UHGV virus genome: UHGV-0144373
Strand: one strand, 5' to 3'
Length of the DNA stretch: 64,000 nucleotides
From: a virus
Shown: in pieces, positions 42,903-49,918 of the stretch
Position numbering within the stretch: the stretch's first letter is position 1
Layout of the letters: each line of letters opens with the position of its first letter
Program-made: the position numbers and the translations under genes
The notes under the pieces: generated by a model
Told to the model about the DNA's origin: nothing
What the model saw: only the letters and a program-made list of their open reading frames with translations
The model's database searches: none

Positions 42903-44318
42903 ATGAGCGAGTTATTTAAACATGCGCACCTTCATGCAGGTCGAACTGAAAATGGTGCTGTAAACCATACTTCATCAATGTCTGCTCTTGTAGACTTTTA
43001 CAAAGCTGCTGGTTCAAGCCGTAGCAACGTAGAAATCTTACCAGACCTGTTCTACAAAGCTTTGCGTGAGGATGTTGATGTTGCAGTTCGTATTTTGCTT
43101 CATATGCGAGATGTACGAGAAGGTATGGGTGAGCGTAAAGCCTTCAGAACTGTTTTGCTTCAAGCGATTGAAGACAAAGTTTTAGAGCCTACACAGTTTC
43201 TTCGCATTATGGATAAGATTGCAGAACTTGGTCGTTTTGATGACTTCAAAATCTTCGTAGGTACTCGTTTCGAGACAGATGCCTTCAAACATTTAGAAGC
43301 AGCATTACTAGACCCTGCAACAGCAGGTTTGGCAGCTAAGTGGTTACCACGAGTCAAACCACGTCATAAGCAGTTTGTAAAACGTTTCTGCAAGTTTGCC
43401 AACTTGAGTGAGAAAGAGTACCGCACACTGTTATCTGCACTGTCTGATACGGTTGAGCAAAAAATCTCTGCTAATGAGTTTGGTAAGATTGACTACAGTA
43501 AGATTCCTTCACTCGCTGCTGCACGTTACCAAAAGCTCTTTAACCGCAAAGATGGAGAACGTTACAAAGCTTACATCGAATCACTCTCAAAGGGTGAGTC
43601 TAAGATTAACGCTGGTGCTGTTTATCCATACGATGTGATTAAGTCTCTCAAGCATGGTAATGCAGATGTTGCCAATGAGCAGTGGAAAGCACTACCAAAC
43701 TGGATGGCAGAAGGTGAGAACATCTTGTGTATGACCGATGTTTCAGGCTCAATGTCTTGGGTGAATCTTGGTTCAATCACTGCCCTTGATATTGGTGTAT
43801 CACTTGCCTTGTATGTAGCAGAACGCAATACTGGTTGCTTTAAGGATGAGTTAATGGTTTATTCAACAAACCCTTACTTCATTGAACTGAGTGGTGATTT
43901 ACGAAACCGTCATCGTCAGGTGATGCGACACGTTGAATATGGCTCAACTAACTTACAAGCAGCTTTTGACCGCATTCTTGAGATAGGTAAGAGAAACAAC
44001 TTGACTCAGAAAGATATGCCAAGCAAGCTTATCATCTTCTCCGATATGGAGTTCAATCAGGTTGATGGAGCTAACGGTCGTACAAACTTTGAAGCAATTC
44101 GAGATAAGTACGAAAAAGCTGGATATGAGATGCCACAACTGGTATTCTGGTACTTAGCAAACCGTAATGGTACTTGCGAAGTGTCTGTTAAGGATAACGG
44201 TGTAGCAATGGTATCTGGTTTCTCTCCAGCCACTTTAAAAGCTCTGCTTGGTGGTGAGAAGTTTGACCCAATCAGCGTAATGCTCAAAGCAGTAATGATT
44301 GACCGTTACATCTGGTAA
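42903..44318 (+). CDS. von Willebrand factor A (vWA) domain protein
   Basis: 471 aa; MIDAS motif DVSGSMS in the C-terminal half; large N-terminal domain of unknown type. Confidence 0.55.
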   Translation: MSELFKHAHLHAGRTENGAVNHTSSMSALVDFYKAAGSSRSNVEILPDLFYKALREDVDVAVRILLHMRDVREGMGERKAFRTVLLQAIEDKVLEPTQFLRIMDKIAELGRFDDFKIFVGTRFETDAFKHLEAALLDPATAGLAAKWLPRVKPRHKQFVKRFCKFANLSEKEYRTLLSALSDTVEQKISANEFGKIDYSKIPSLAAARYQKLFNRKDGERYKAYIESLSKGESKINAGAVYPYDVIKSLKHGNADVANEQWKALPNWMAEGENILCMTDVSGSMSWVNLGSITALDIGVSLALYVAERNTGCFKDELMVYSTNPYFIELSGDLRNRHRQVMRHVEYGSTNLQAAFDRILEIGKRNNLTQKDMPSKLIIFSDMEFNQVDGANGRTNFEAIRDKYEKAGYEMPQLVFWYLANRNGTCEVSVKDNGVAMVSGFSPATLKALLGGEKFDPISVMLKAVMIDRYIW

Positions 44319-44337
44319 AAAGTTTTAAAAAAGGGTA

Positions 44338-44366
44338 TTGACAATGTGTTTGATACCCTTTAATAT
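44338..44366 (+). promoter_or_regulatory. sigma70-like promoter upstream of tRNA array
   Basis: TTGACA, 17-nt spacer, TAATAT; embedded in inverted repeat GGGTAT...ATACCC. Confidence 0.45.
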
Positions 44367-44484
44367 GTTCTACATAGAAACGAAATGAGAGCTTTTCTAA
44401 GATACTGAAAAATATTTTAAAAAAGTTCTTGACAACCACTAAAAAATAATGTTAAAGTGGTTACATAGAGTTTGAAAAGTTTAT

Positions 44485-44561
44485 CTCTGTTTAGCTCAGC
44501 TTGGTAGAGCGTTCCGTTTGGGGCGGTAAGGCCGGAGGTTCAAGTCCTCCAACAGAGACCA
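44485..44561 (+). tRNA. tRNA-Pro (anticodon TGG)
   Basis: Cloverleaf folded by eye: acceptor CTCTGTT/AACAGAG, anticodon loop TTTGGGG, T-loop TTCAAGT, encoded CCA. Confidence 0.65.
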
Positions 44562-44568
44562 AATTAAT

Positions 44569-44646
44569 GTTCCAGTAGACAAAATGGTATAGTCACCACT
44601 CTTTCAAAGTGGATATCTGAGGGTTCAAATCCCTTCTGGAACGCCA
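44569..44646 (+). tRNA. tRNA-Glu (anticodon TTC)
   Basis: Acceptor GTTCCAG/CTGGAAC, anticodon loop CTTTCAA, T-loop TTCAAAT, CCA. Confidence 0.6.
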
Positions 44647-44653
44647 GTTTTGA

Positions 44654-44725
44654 CAGAAGACCAATTACAGCAAACTTAATCTACTCATCTGACACGAAAT
44701 CGGACAAAGAAGATATTTGGTCTGG
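44654..44725 (+). repeat. inter-tRNA structured element, CAGAAGACC...GGTCTGG family (copy 1)
   Basis: Starts CAGAAGACCAATTACAGCAA, ends TTGGTCTGG; termini complementary. Confidence 0.45.
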
Positions 44726-44737
44726 TCATTGAGAATT

Positions 44738-44813
44738 GCGGGTATAGAGAAAGGGCGTCTCACATGTCTCATTAGCATGGTATCGGCAGGTTCGACTCCT
44801 GCACCCGCCTCCA
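44738..44813 (+). tRNA. tRNA with anticodon CAT (Met, fMet or Ile2)
   Basis: Anticodon stem CATGT/GCATG, loop CTCATTA, T-arm GCAGG-TTCGACT-CCTGC, CCA; acceptor has one mismatch. Confidence 0.45.
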
Positions 44814-44819
44814 ATTTTG

Positions 44820-44880
44820 CAGAAGACCGTATTCAGCAACAAAATACTTTTTGCGGATAAAAGAAAAAACACGGTCTGGC
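44820..44880 (+). repeat. inter-tRNA structured element (copy 2)
   Basis: CAGAAGACCGTATTCAGCAA...ACGGTCTGGC. Confidence 0.45.
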
Positions 44881-44890
44881 AATGTATTAA

Positions 44891-44967
44891 GGTTAGGAAG
44901 CACATAAGGTATGTGCGGTCGCCTGTTAAGCGAATGGCACAGGGTTCGAATCCCTGACTAACCGCCA
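44891..44967 (+). tRNA. tRNA-Asn (anticodon GTT)
   Basis: D-stem GCAC/GTGC, anticodon loop CTGTTAA, T-arm CAGGG-TTCGAAT-CCCTG, CCA. Confidence 0.6.
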
Positions 44968-45036
44968 AATTTAGGAGAGAAGCGATTGCTCACCGATTTG
45001 TAAGGTGCAAGTCCTTAGCCTGAATAGAAATTAAAT

Positions 45037-45124
45037 GTGTCGTTATCCCGTAGATGGTAGCGGTGGGGACTGTAAATCCCTTGTCATTGAGACTCGGTAG
45101 GTTCGACTCCTACACGGCACACCA
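45037..45124 (+). tRNA. tRNA-Tyr (anticodon GTA), long variable arm
   Basis: Acceptor GTGTCGT/ACGGCAC, anticodon loop CTGTAAA, 15-nt variable arm, T-arm GTAGG-TTCGACT-CCTAC, CCA. Confidence 0.6.
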
Positions 45125-45129
45125 ATAAA

Positions 45130-45207
45130 GGTTATGTAGTTTAATTTGGTTAAAATACTCCCCTGTCACGGGAGATGATGAGGGTTCAAATCCCTTCGTA
45201 ACCGCCA
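45130..45207 (+). tRNA. tRNA-Asp (anticodon GTC)
   Basis: Acceptor GGTTATG/CGTAACC, anticodon stem CTCCC/GGGAG, loop CTGTCAC, CCA. Confidence 0.65.
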
Positions 45208-45268
45208 ATTTTGAGAGGGCTATTTAGCCCCTCCCTTAAAGGGTTCTTACGAGTATCCTTTAAAGGAG

Positions 45269-45341
45269 CAGAAGACCAAATACAGCAAGAACGTATGAAA
45301 TTTCAAGCCAATTTAATTTTGAAAATTTAAACTTGGTCTGG
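45269..45341 (+). repeat. inter-tRNA structured element (copy 3)
   Basis: CAGAAGACCAAATACAGCAA...ACTTGGTCTGG. Confidence 0.45.
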
Positions 45342-45354
45342 CTCAACAAATTTA

Positions 45355-45486
45355 CAGAAGACCGTTTACAGCAAAACTTAAACAATCTATTTCTCCGGTA
45401 AAGAAAAGGCGAAGGTTCGATTCCTTCACTCGGCAGATGTCGAGTTGGTGTAATGGTAGCACTTAAGATGATAAACAACGGTCTGG
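45355..45486 (+). repeat. inter-tRNA structured element (copy 4) containing tRNA-like hairpins
   Basis: CAGAAGACCGTTTACAGCAA...CGGTCTGG; inside: T-arm-like GAAGG-TTCGATT-CCTTC, acceptor-like hairpin ACTCGGC-AGAT-GTCGAGT, D-arm-like GTG-TAATGGTAG-CAC. Confidence 0.4.
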
Positions 45487-45488
45487 TA

Positions 45489-45630
45489 ATTATCTTTGTA
45501 GATAAGTTATTAAGCTTACCTGTGAGTATGCGACCACAAAGGGTGAAAGGGTAAATTCTAGATTTAAACCCAAAAAGGCACATCGCTACAGACCTTAAGC
45601 AAGTCTGGGTAGCTTATCTACAAAGATAAT
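45489..45630 (+). repeat. perfect 18-bp inverted repeat flanking a 106-nt structured segment
   Basis: ATTATCTTTGTAGATAAG (45489-45506) and its exact reverse complement CTTATCTACAAAGATAAT (45613-45630). Confidence 0.7.
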
Positions 45631-45635
45631 TTAAT

Positions 45636-45711
45636 GGAAGTGTAGCAGAATGGTGATGCGGCAGACTTTTAATCTGACAGGCGATGGGTTCGAATCCCTC
45701 CACTTCTACCA
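45636..45711 (+). tRNA. tRNA-Lys (anticodon TTT)
   Basis: Acceptor GGAAGTG/CACTTCT, anticodon loop CTTTTAA, T-loop TTCGAAT, CCA; T-stem weak. Confidence 0.5.
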
Positions 45712-45715
45712 AAAT

Positions 45716-45792
45716 GGTTCAGTCGCAGATAAGGTAATGCAAGGGTCTCATAAGCCCTATGAATGTGGGTTCGATTCCCATCTGAACCTCCA
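45716..45792 (+). tRNA. tRNA-Met (anticodon CAT)
   Basis: Acceptor GGTTCAG/CTGAACC, anticodon stem AGGGT/GCCCT, loop CTCATAA, T-arm GTGGG-TTCGATT-CCCAT, CCA. Confidence 0.6.
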
Positions 45793-45794
45793 AT

Positions 45795-45869
45795 TGTGGG
45801 TTAGCATAAATGGTAATGCAAACGGCTGATAACCGTTAGAAGAGGGTTCGATACCCTCACCTACAACCA
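45795..45869 (+). tRNA. tRNA-Ile (anticodon GAT)
   Basis: D-stem GCAT/ATGC, anticodon stem AACGG/CCGTT, loop CTGATAA, T-arm GAGGG-TTCGATA-CCCTC, CCA. Confidence 0.65.
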
Positions 45870-45884
45870 ATTTCAATAAAGTTG

Positions 45885-45913
45885 TTGACATTGAGATGTG
45901 ACTACTTTATAGT
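45885..45913 (+). promoter_or_regulatory. sigma70-like promoter inside tRNA array
   Basis: TTGACA, 17-nt spacer, TATAGT. Confidence 0.5.
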
Positions 45914-46117
45914 AACCTTAGTTTTCGTTGCGTAGCGTCTATTTTGCAAATTTAAAATAAATGCAAACGACAATGTTTTTCTGGCAGTAGCTTGATAGGC
46001 TAAACACCAGTGAGGTCTTCCAATCCCTCATCAAAGAATTTGGCGTACTCGCCCACGGTATGATTAATAAGGTGGGCATCTTTAAGGGCTTTCTAAGAGA
46101 GTCTTTAAAGATAATTA

Positions 46118-46199
46118 CGGGGCGTATCTCAGCTGTCTTCTAAACAGCCGTTAACCGAGTAAGTGGAGTATGCGGGTTCGAGTCCTGCCGCCTCGACCA
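46118..46199 (+). tRNA. atypical tRNA-like gene, anticodon TCT (Arg); D-arm apparently missing
   Basis: Acceptor CGGGGCG/CGCCTCG, perfect anticodon arm GCTGT-CTTCTAA-ACAGC, T-arm GCGGG-TTCGAGT-CCTGC, CCA; only 5 nt between position 9 and the anticodon stem, and a 23-nt variable region. Confidence 0.35.
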
Positions 46200-46342
46200 A
46201 TTTAGTTAGCAGATTACTTAGACGACCTAAGCGGGTCTTCCTGTAGGGAGGTGGTCTGTATCTCATGTTTTCCAGAACATGTAAATAATCTGAGAAGGGG
46301 CTTTACAGTGTTGAGATAATACGGTAAGCTTCGAATTATAGT

Positions 46343-46425
46343 ATGGGATGATGTTAAGACTCTAAGGCATGAGCAACGGCTTCCAACACCGTTTCAAAGG
46401 GGTTCAACTCCTCCGTCCCATGCCA
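46343..46425 (+). tRNA. tRNA, anticodon undetermined (possibly Trp, CCA)
   Basis: Acceptor ATGGGAT/GTCCCAT, T-loop TTCAACT, CCA; best anticodon hairpin AACGG/CCGTT around TTCCAAC; about 7 extra nt in the D region. Confidence 0.3.
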
Positions 46426-46438
46426 AAGTCTTATTAGG

Positions 46439-46528
46439 GGTAGGTAGCGGCTAATGGTAGCCAAACTGTCTTGAAAACAGTTGCCACTGTAGAGATACGG
46501 TGAGGGTTCGACTCCTTTACTTACCGCC
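46439..46528 (+). tRNA. tRNA-Ser (anticodon TGA), long variable arm
   Basis: Acceptor GGTAGGT/ACTTACC, anticodon stem ACTGT/ACAGT, loop CTTGAAA, about 20-nt variable arm, discriminator G. Confidence 0.6.
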
Positions 46529-46784
46529 TAATAAGATTTTAAAGCCAAGCTTCATTCGGATGTTGCTTTGGTATCCCTCGTGTATTGTCTAACACACTGA
46601 TAAATCACCTAGTAGGTGTCACGGAGAAGAGATAATATCAAGCTCTCCAAAGGTTCTAGTCACCGGATTAAACAAGACTATGCAAAGACCTTTTTAGGTC
46701 TTTTTAGAGGGCTTCTAAGGTTATTACAGCTTGTTGTGGAACCTTGTTGCTTAGGTTCTTAGAAGTTCTCTAAAAAGATTTAAT

Positions 46785-46861
46785 GCACCTATAGCCCAAC
46801 TGGTAGAGGCAGCAGACTTAGAATCTGCTCAGTGTGAGTTCGAATCTCTCTAGGTGTACCA
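46785..46861 (+). tRNA. tRNA with anticodon TAG (Leu by anticodon) but short variable arm
   Basis: Acceptor GCACCTA/TAGGTGT, anticodon stem GCAGA/TCTGC, loop CTTAGAA, 5-nt variable loop, discriminator A, CCA. Confidence 0.5.
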
Positions 46862-46868
46862 AATTAAT

Positions 46869-46944
46869 GCAGGTGTAGCAAAATGGTTATGCGGCTGACT
46901 CTTAATCAGTAAGACGATGGGTTCAATTCCCTCCACCTGTACCA
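46869..46944 (+). tRNA. tRNA-Lys (anticodon CTT)
   Basis: Paralogous to the TTT tRNA; anticodon loop CTCTTAA; T-loop TTCAATT; CCA. Confidence 0.55.
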
Positions 46945-46950
46945 AACATT

Positions 46951-47026
46951 GGGGATGTAGTTTACATGGTTAAAACATAAGTTTTGCAAACTTAAGTACA
47001 GGGTTCAATTCCCTGCTTCTCCACCA
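46951..47026 (+). tRNA. tRNA-Ala (anticodon TGC)
   Basis: G3:U70 wobble in acceptor (Ala identity element), anticodon stem TAAGT/ACTTA, loop TTTGCAA, T-arm CAGGG-TTCAATT-CCCTG, CCA. Confidence 0.65.
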
Positions 47027-47032
47027 ATTAGT

Positions 47033-47107
47033 GCATCCATAGTTTAAATGGGAAAATTACAGTCTTCCAAACTGAGGTTGAGGGTTCGATTCCCTCTGGA
47101 TGCTCCA
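47033..47107 (+). tRNA. tRNA-Gly (anticodon TCC)
   Basis: Acceptor GCATCCA/TGGATGC, anticodon loop CTTCCAA, T-arm GAGGG-TTCGATT-CCCTC, CCA. Confidence 0.6.
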
Positions 47108-47114
47108 AATTAAT

Positions 47115-47190
47115 GCTCCTATCGTATAATTGGCTATTACGGTTGCCTTGTAAGCAACTTATCAGGGTTCGAATCCTTGTGGGAGCACCA
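47115..47190 (+). tRNA. tRNA-Thr (anticodon TGT)
   Basis: Acceptor GCTCCTA/TGGGAGC, anticodon stem GTTGC/GCAAC, loop CTTGTAA, CCA. Confidence 0.65.
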
Positions 47191-47285
47191 ATTCAGAGGT
47201 CAAGTGAAAGACCGCTGGTGTCAACTGAAGACCGTAACAAATTCCACGGAGTTGAGTTAGCGGCACAACTTCAGACCTCTTTCAT

Positions 47286-47360
47286 ACTCGCTTAGTTTAT
47301 ATGGTAAAACACCACCCTTACAAGATGAAGAAAAAGGTTCAAGTCCTTTAGTGAGTACCA
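47286..47360 (+). tRNA. tRNA-Val (anticodon TAC), weak anticodon stem
   Basis: Acceptor ACTCGCT/AGTGAGT, D-stem GTTT/AAAC, loop CTTACAA with 3 of 5 stem pairs, T-arm AAAGG-TTCAAGT-CCTTT, CCA. Confidence 0.45.
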
Positions 47361-47361
47361 T

Positions 47362-47439
47362 GTTCCAGTATCCCAATTGGCAGAGGATGCAAGCTCAAAC
47401 CTTGTATTAGTGATGGTTCGAATCCGTCTTGGAACACCA
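47362..47439 (+). tRNA. tRNA with anticodon CAA (Leu by anticodon) but short variable arm
   Basis: Acceptor GTTCCAG/TTGGAAC, anticodon stem GCAAG/CTTGT, loop CTCAAAC, discriminator A, CCA. Confidence 0.5.
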
Positions 47440-47444
47440 ATTTT

Positions 47445-47520
47445 GCAGGATTAGTTCAAATGGATAGAGCAACAGTCTACGAAGCTGTTAATAGGGGTTC
47501 GAATCCCTTATCCTGCACCA
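47445..47520 (+). tRNA. tRNA-Arg (anticodon ACG)
   Basis: Acceptor GCAGGAT/ATCCTGC, anticodon loop CTACGAA, T-arm AGGGG-TTCGAAT-CCCTT, CCA. Confidence 0.65.
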
Positions 47521-47538
47521 GACAAGTAAGAGGAATTT

Positions 47539-47781
47539 ATGCAAACATTAATCGTCATTGAACATGAAAATTCCAATAGTATTGAGTTTGTAAGGGTTCC
47601 CACTATAGATACCCACATTTTCTTGAAAGTCGGATGGGGATGTGACCCAATAAAAGTAGAAAATTTTATTGGTCATTACTTTGGTGGAAGACAACTTAAA
47701 AGCGTCAATTTTGAGACAATGTTACCAGAAAACTCAGAAACAAATAATAATGTTTATCTCCTTACGAGGATTAGACAATGA
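47539..47781 (+). CDS. hypothetical protein embedded in tRNA array
   Basis: 80 aa; AAGAGGA SD. Confidence 0.4.
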   Translation: MQTLIVIEHENSNSIEFVRVPTIDTHIFLKVGWGCDPIKVENFIGHYFGGRQLKSVNFETMLPENSETNNNVYLLTRIRQ

Positions 47782-48335
47782 GATATCTGAAGTATGCTTC
47801 ATGGATTTTCCTAGCTTTGTTAGAACCATTGGCAGCAACCTTAGCAGTTATCTTAGCACCCTTTGTAGTCCCATTCTACAGTGAGAAGAAAGGTCATCTA
47901 CCTTTTGGATTCAGATGGATGGAGACATATGACAACCCAATTGATGGTGATAAAGGTCATGTCGAACGATGGGCTAAGATTAGAAAGATTGGTAAGCTTG
48001 GTGTCTATATGCAGAGAGTTGGTTGGCTCTGGAGAAACAAAGCTTATAACTTCTCTTACCATGTGTTAGGAAGAGATGTAAAAGATGTTACTAAGTGGAA
48101 AGGTAATATCAATGTAAGTTCTAACCCTGAAGATAATCAGACAGGTTATCTCCTAATGTGGAACAGTAATGCTTGGGGATTATTCGCTTTTATCCCGTCA
48201 ATTAAAGTCTTTGGTAATCAATTCTACTGGAGAATTTATGTTGGGTGGAAACTTAAAAGTGTTGTCCCAAAAGAAAGAGCATTCTCAAGGGAAAGAGTTA
48301 TGTTGGCATTCTTTATTCATCCACTGAGAAAGTAA
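47778..48335 (+). CDS. hypothetical membrane-associated protein embedded in tRNA array
   Basis: 185 aa; hydrophobic N-terminus; ATGA overlap with upstream ORF. Confidence 0.4.
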   Translation: MRYLKYASWIFLALLEPLAATLAVILAPFVVPFYSEKKGHLPFGFRWMETYDNPIDGDKGHVERWAKIRKIGKLGVYMQRVGWLWRNKAYNFSYHVLGRDVKDVTKWKGNINVSSNPEDNQTGYLLMWNSNAWGLFAFIPSIKVFGNQFYWRIYVGWKLKSVVPKERAFSRERVMLAFFIHPLRK

Positions 48336-48343
48336 AGATTTAA

Positions 48344-48419
48344 AGGGGATTAGTTTACAAGGTTAAAACCTCGGTCTTTGAAATCGAAGAAGTTGGTTCA
48401 ATTCCAACATCCCCCGCCA
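48344..48419 (+). tRNA. tRNA-Gln (anticodon TTG)
   Basis: Acceptor AGGGGAT/ATCCCCC (1:72 mismatch), anticodon loop CTTTGAA, T-arm GTTGG-TTCAATT-CCAAC, CCA. Confidence 0.55.
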
Positions 48420-48421
48420 AT

Positions 48422-48500
48422 GCTCCATTACTCCAATTGGCAGAGAGGCCAGACTTAAAATCTGTGTTATGTATCGGTTCGAATCCGATATGGAGTACCA
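48422..48500 (+). tRNA. tRNA with anticodon TAA (Leu by anticodon) but short variable arm
   Basis: Acceptor GCTCCAT/ATGGAGT, anticodon loop CTTAAAA, T-arm ATCGG-TTCGAAT-CCGAT, discriminator A, CCA. Confidence 0.5.
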
Positions 48501-48505
48501 AATTT

Positions 48506-48581
48506 AGCGGTATAGCATAACTGGCAATGCAGCAGCCTCTGAAGCTGTCCTATTAAGGTTCAAATCCTTATGCCGCTGCCA
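48506..48581 (+). tRNA. tRNA-Gln (anticodon CTG)
   Basis: Acceptor AGCGGTA/TGCCGCT, anticodon stem GCAGC/GCTGT, loop CTCTGAA, T-arm TAAGG-TTCAAAT-CCTTA, CCA. Confidence 0.6.
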
Positions 48582-48612
48582 CTTCTAAGGATTCTTGCGA
48601 GAGTCCTTAAAT

Positions 48613-48688
48613 GTGGCCTTATCATAAACGGTAATGACCCATGCTGTGAACATGGTCTATACGGGTTCAAATCCCGTAGGTCACCCCA
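48613..48688 (+). tRNA. tRNA-His (anticodon GTG)
   Basis: Acceptor GTGGCCT/AGGTCAC, anticodon stem CCATG/CATGG, loop CTGTGAA, discriminator C, CCA. Confidence 0.65.
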
Positions 48689-48693
48689 ATTTA

Positions 48694-48770
48694 TAGTCCA
48701 AGTAGCTTATATGGTTAAAGCGCGTGTCTGAAAAACATGAGAAGAGGGTTCAAATCCCACTGGACTACCA
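48694..48770 (+). tRNA. tRNA-Phe (anticodon GAA)
   Basis: D-stem GCTT/AAGC, anticodon stem CGTGT/ACATG, loop CTGAAAA, T-loop TTCAAAT; exact 5' boundary ambiguous. Confidence 0.5.
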
Positions 48771-48786
48771 ATTTCAAAGGTGCTTA

Positions 48787-49521
48787 ATGAAAGAGATGAC
48801 AGAACAAGGTAAGGAGATTTTTAATCTCTTAAAAACCGGTAAAGGGTTCTCTAACCCGCTTATTACTGGTGCAGCAGTTCTCGGTGGAACCGTAGCTGCT
48901 TCTACATCACTTGTAAGCTCTATTAGTTCTGTAACAGACCCTACAATGAAGGAGAAACTTGTTGCTGCTGGGCTTACAACAGTCCTTCTAAACAGCTTTA
49001 CAACAAGCCTTACAAGCACTACAGCAACTACTAAAACTCTGACAGACTACGGTCAAAAGTCTATTGATGAGTTTTCATCACGTATGCAGGTAGCAAAGGG
49101 GTATTCCAATGTTATGGGTGCAGCAGGAGAACAAGTTGGTTGTACACCATTCAGTGGTATCATGGGTGTTGCTACAGAGTATGGTCAAAAAGCTATTGAC
49201 ATGATAAACAGTACACTAGATAGTGTTAATGGTGTGTTAAGTGACTTACAAGATGCTATTGATAAGGGTCTTGATACTGTTTCTGATTTAGCTAACCAAG
49301 CTGTCAGTAAGATTAATGAAGGTATCTCAAAGATTACAGCTTATGCAGATGAAGTTGTGCAGATGATTGAAGAAGAAGCTGCCCTTATTGCAGAGTACCT
49401 TAAAACGAATATCAATGGGTTCTTAGCAGGTATCTTACCAGACTGGTTTGATGATGCTTGTAAAACTGGTGTAATTGATGCTATTGCAACACCAGAAATG
49501 AAGAACGCATTACAGAAATAA
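48787..49521 (+). CDS. hypothetical Ser/Thr-rich protein
   Basis: ATG48787 after AAAGG; the track start at 48724 (GTG) would overlap tRNA-Phe. Confidence 0.4.
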   Translation: MKEMTEQGKEIFNLLKTGKGFSNPLITGAAVLGGTVAASTSLVSSISSVTDPTMKEKLVAAGLTTVLLNSFTTSLTSTTATTKTLTDYGQKSIDEFSSRMQVAKGYSNVMGAAGEQVGCTPFSGIMGVATEYGQKAIDMINSTLDSVNGVLSDLQDAIDKGLDTVSDLANQAVSKINEGISKITAYADEVVQMIEEEAALIAEYLKTNINGFLAGILPDWFDDACKTGVIDAIATPEMKNALQK

Positions 49522-49523
49522 AT

Positions 49524-49616
49524 GGAAGATTAACCCTAAAAGGTAAGGGAGCAGTTTGCTAAACTGCCAGTAGCTGAGAAATCGGTGTACCAGTTCAAGT
49601 CTGGTATCTTCCTCCA
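49524..49616 (+). tRNA. tRNA-Ser (anticodon GCT), long variable arm
   Basis: Acceptor GGAAGAT/ATCTTCC, anticodon stem GCAGT/ACTGC, loop TTGCTAA, 21-nt variable arm, T-arm ACCAG-TTCAAGT-CTGGT, CCA. Confidence 0.6.
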
Positions 49617-49620
49617 ATTT

Positions 49621-49696
49621 GAATCCGTGACAGAAATGGCTATGTGCCTGTCTGCAAAACAGGTTTATAAGGGTTTGAGTCCCTTCGGATTCTCCA
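49621..49696 (+). tRNA. tRNA-Cys (anticodon GCA)
   Basis: Acceptor GAATCCG/CGGATTC, anticodon stem CCTGT/ACAGG, loop CTGCAAA, non-canonical T-loop TTTGAGT, CCA. Confidence 0.5.
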
Positions 49697-49858
49697 ATTT
49701 ATTTTACTCTCTCTCAATTAAAATAATAATAATGCCCTGCTATAAGTATTCTTCCTTTCGCTACCGAAGAGTATTTTTAGACAGGGCTTTTTTACAGAGT
49801 TATACTTTATAGGAAGACTTATACAGTATGTCTCTGACGTACATTGTGGTTTCTCCTT

Positions 49859-49882
49859 GACGGTCTCTGTGCCGTCTTTTTT
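49859..49882 (+). terminator. rho-independent terminator
   Basis: GACGG-loop-CCGTC then TTTTTT; preceded by a larger hairpin GCCCTG...CAGGGC plus T-run at 49734-49793. Confidence 0.5.
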
Positions 49883-49918
49883 AAGGGGAAACAAGATTAA
49901 TTATTTGGAGAAAACATA

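Noticed and set aside
45411-45462. Circularly permuted tRNA gene (3' half upstream of 5' half)
   Set aside because: The T-arm-like, acceptor-like and D-arm-like hairpins are adjacent in permuted order, but no matching split anticodon arm could be found; recorded only as tRNA-like structure within the inter-tRNA element.
44726-45583. Minus-strand ORFs 44726-44968 and 45260-45583 from the six-frame track
   Set aside because: They lie antisense to tRNA genes and structured elements, have no SD, and their amino-acid composition reflects tRNA sequence; treated as spurious.
47113-47295. Plus-strand ORF overlapping tRNA-Thr, and ORF 49585-49812 overlapping tRNA-Ser/Cys
   Set aside because: Both start inside well-formed tRNA genes; spurious.
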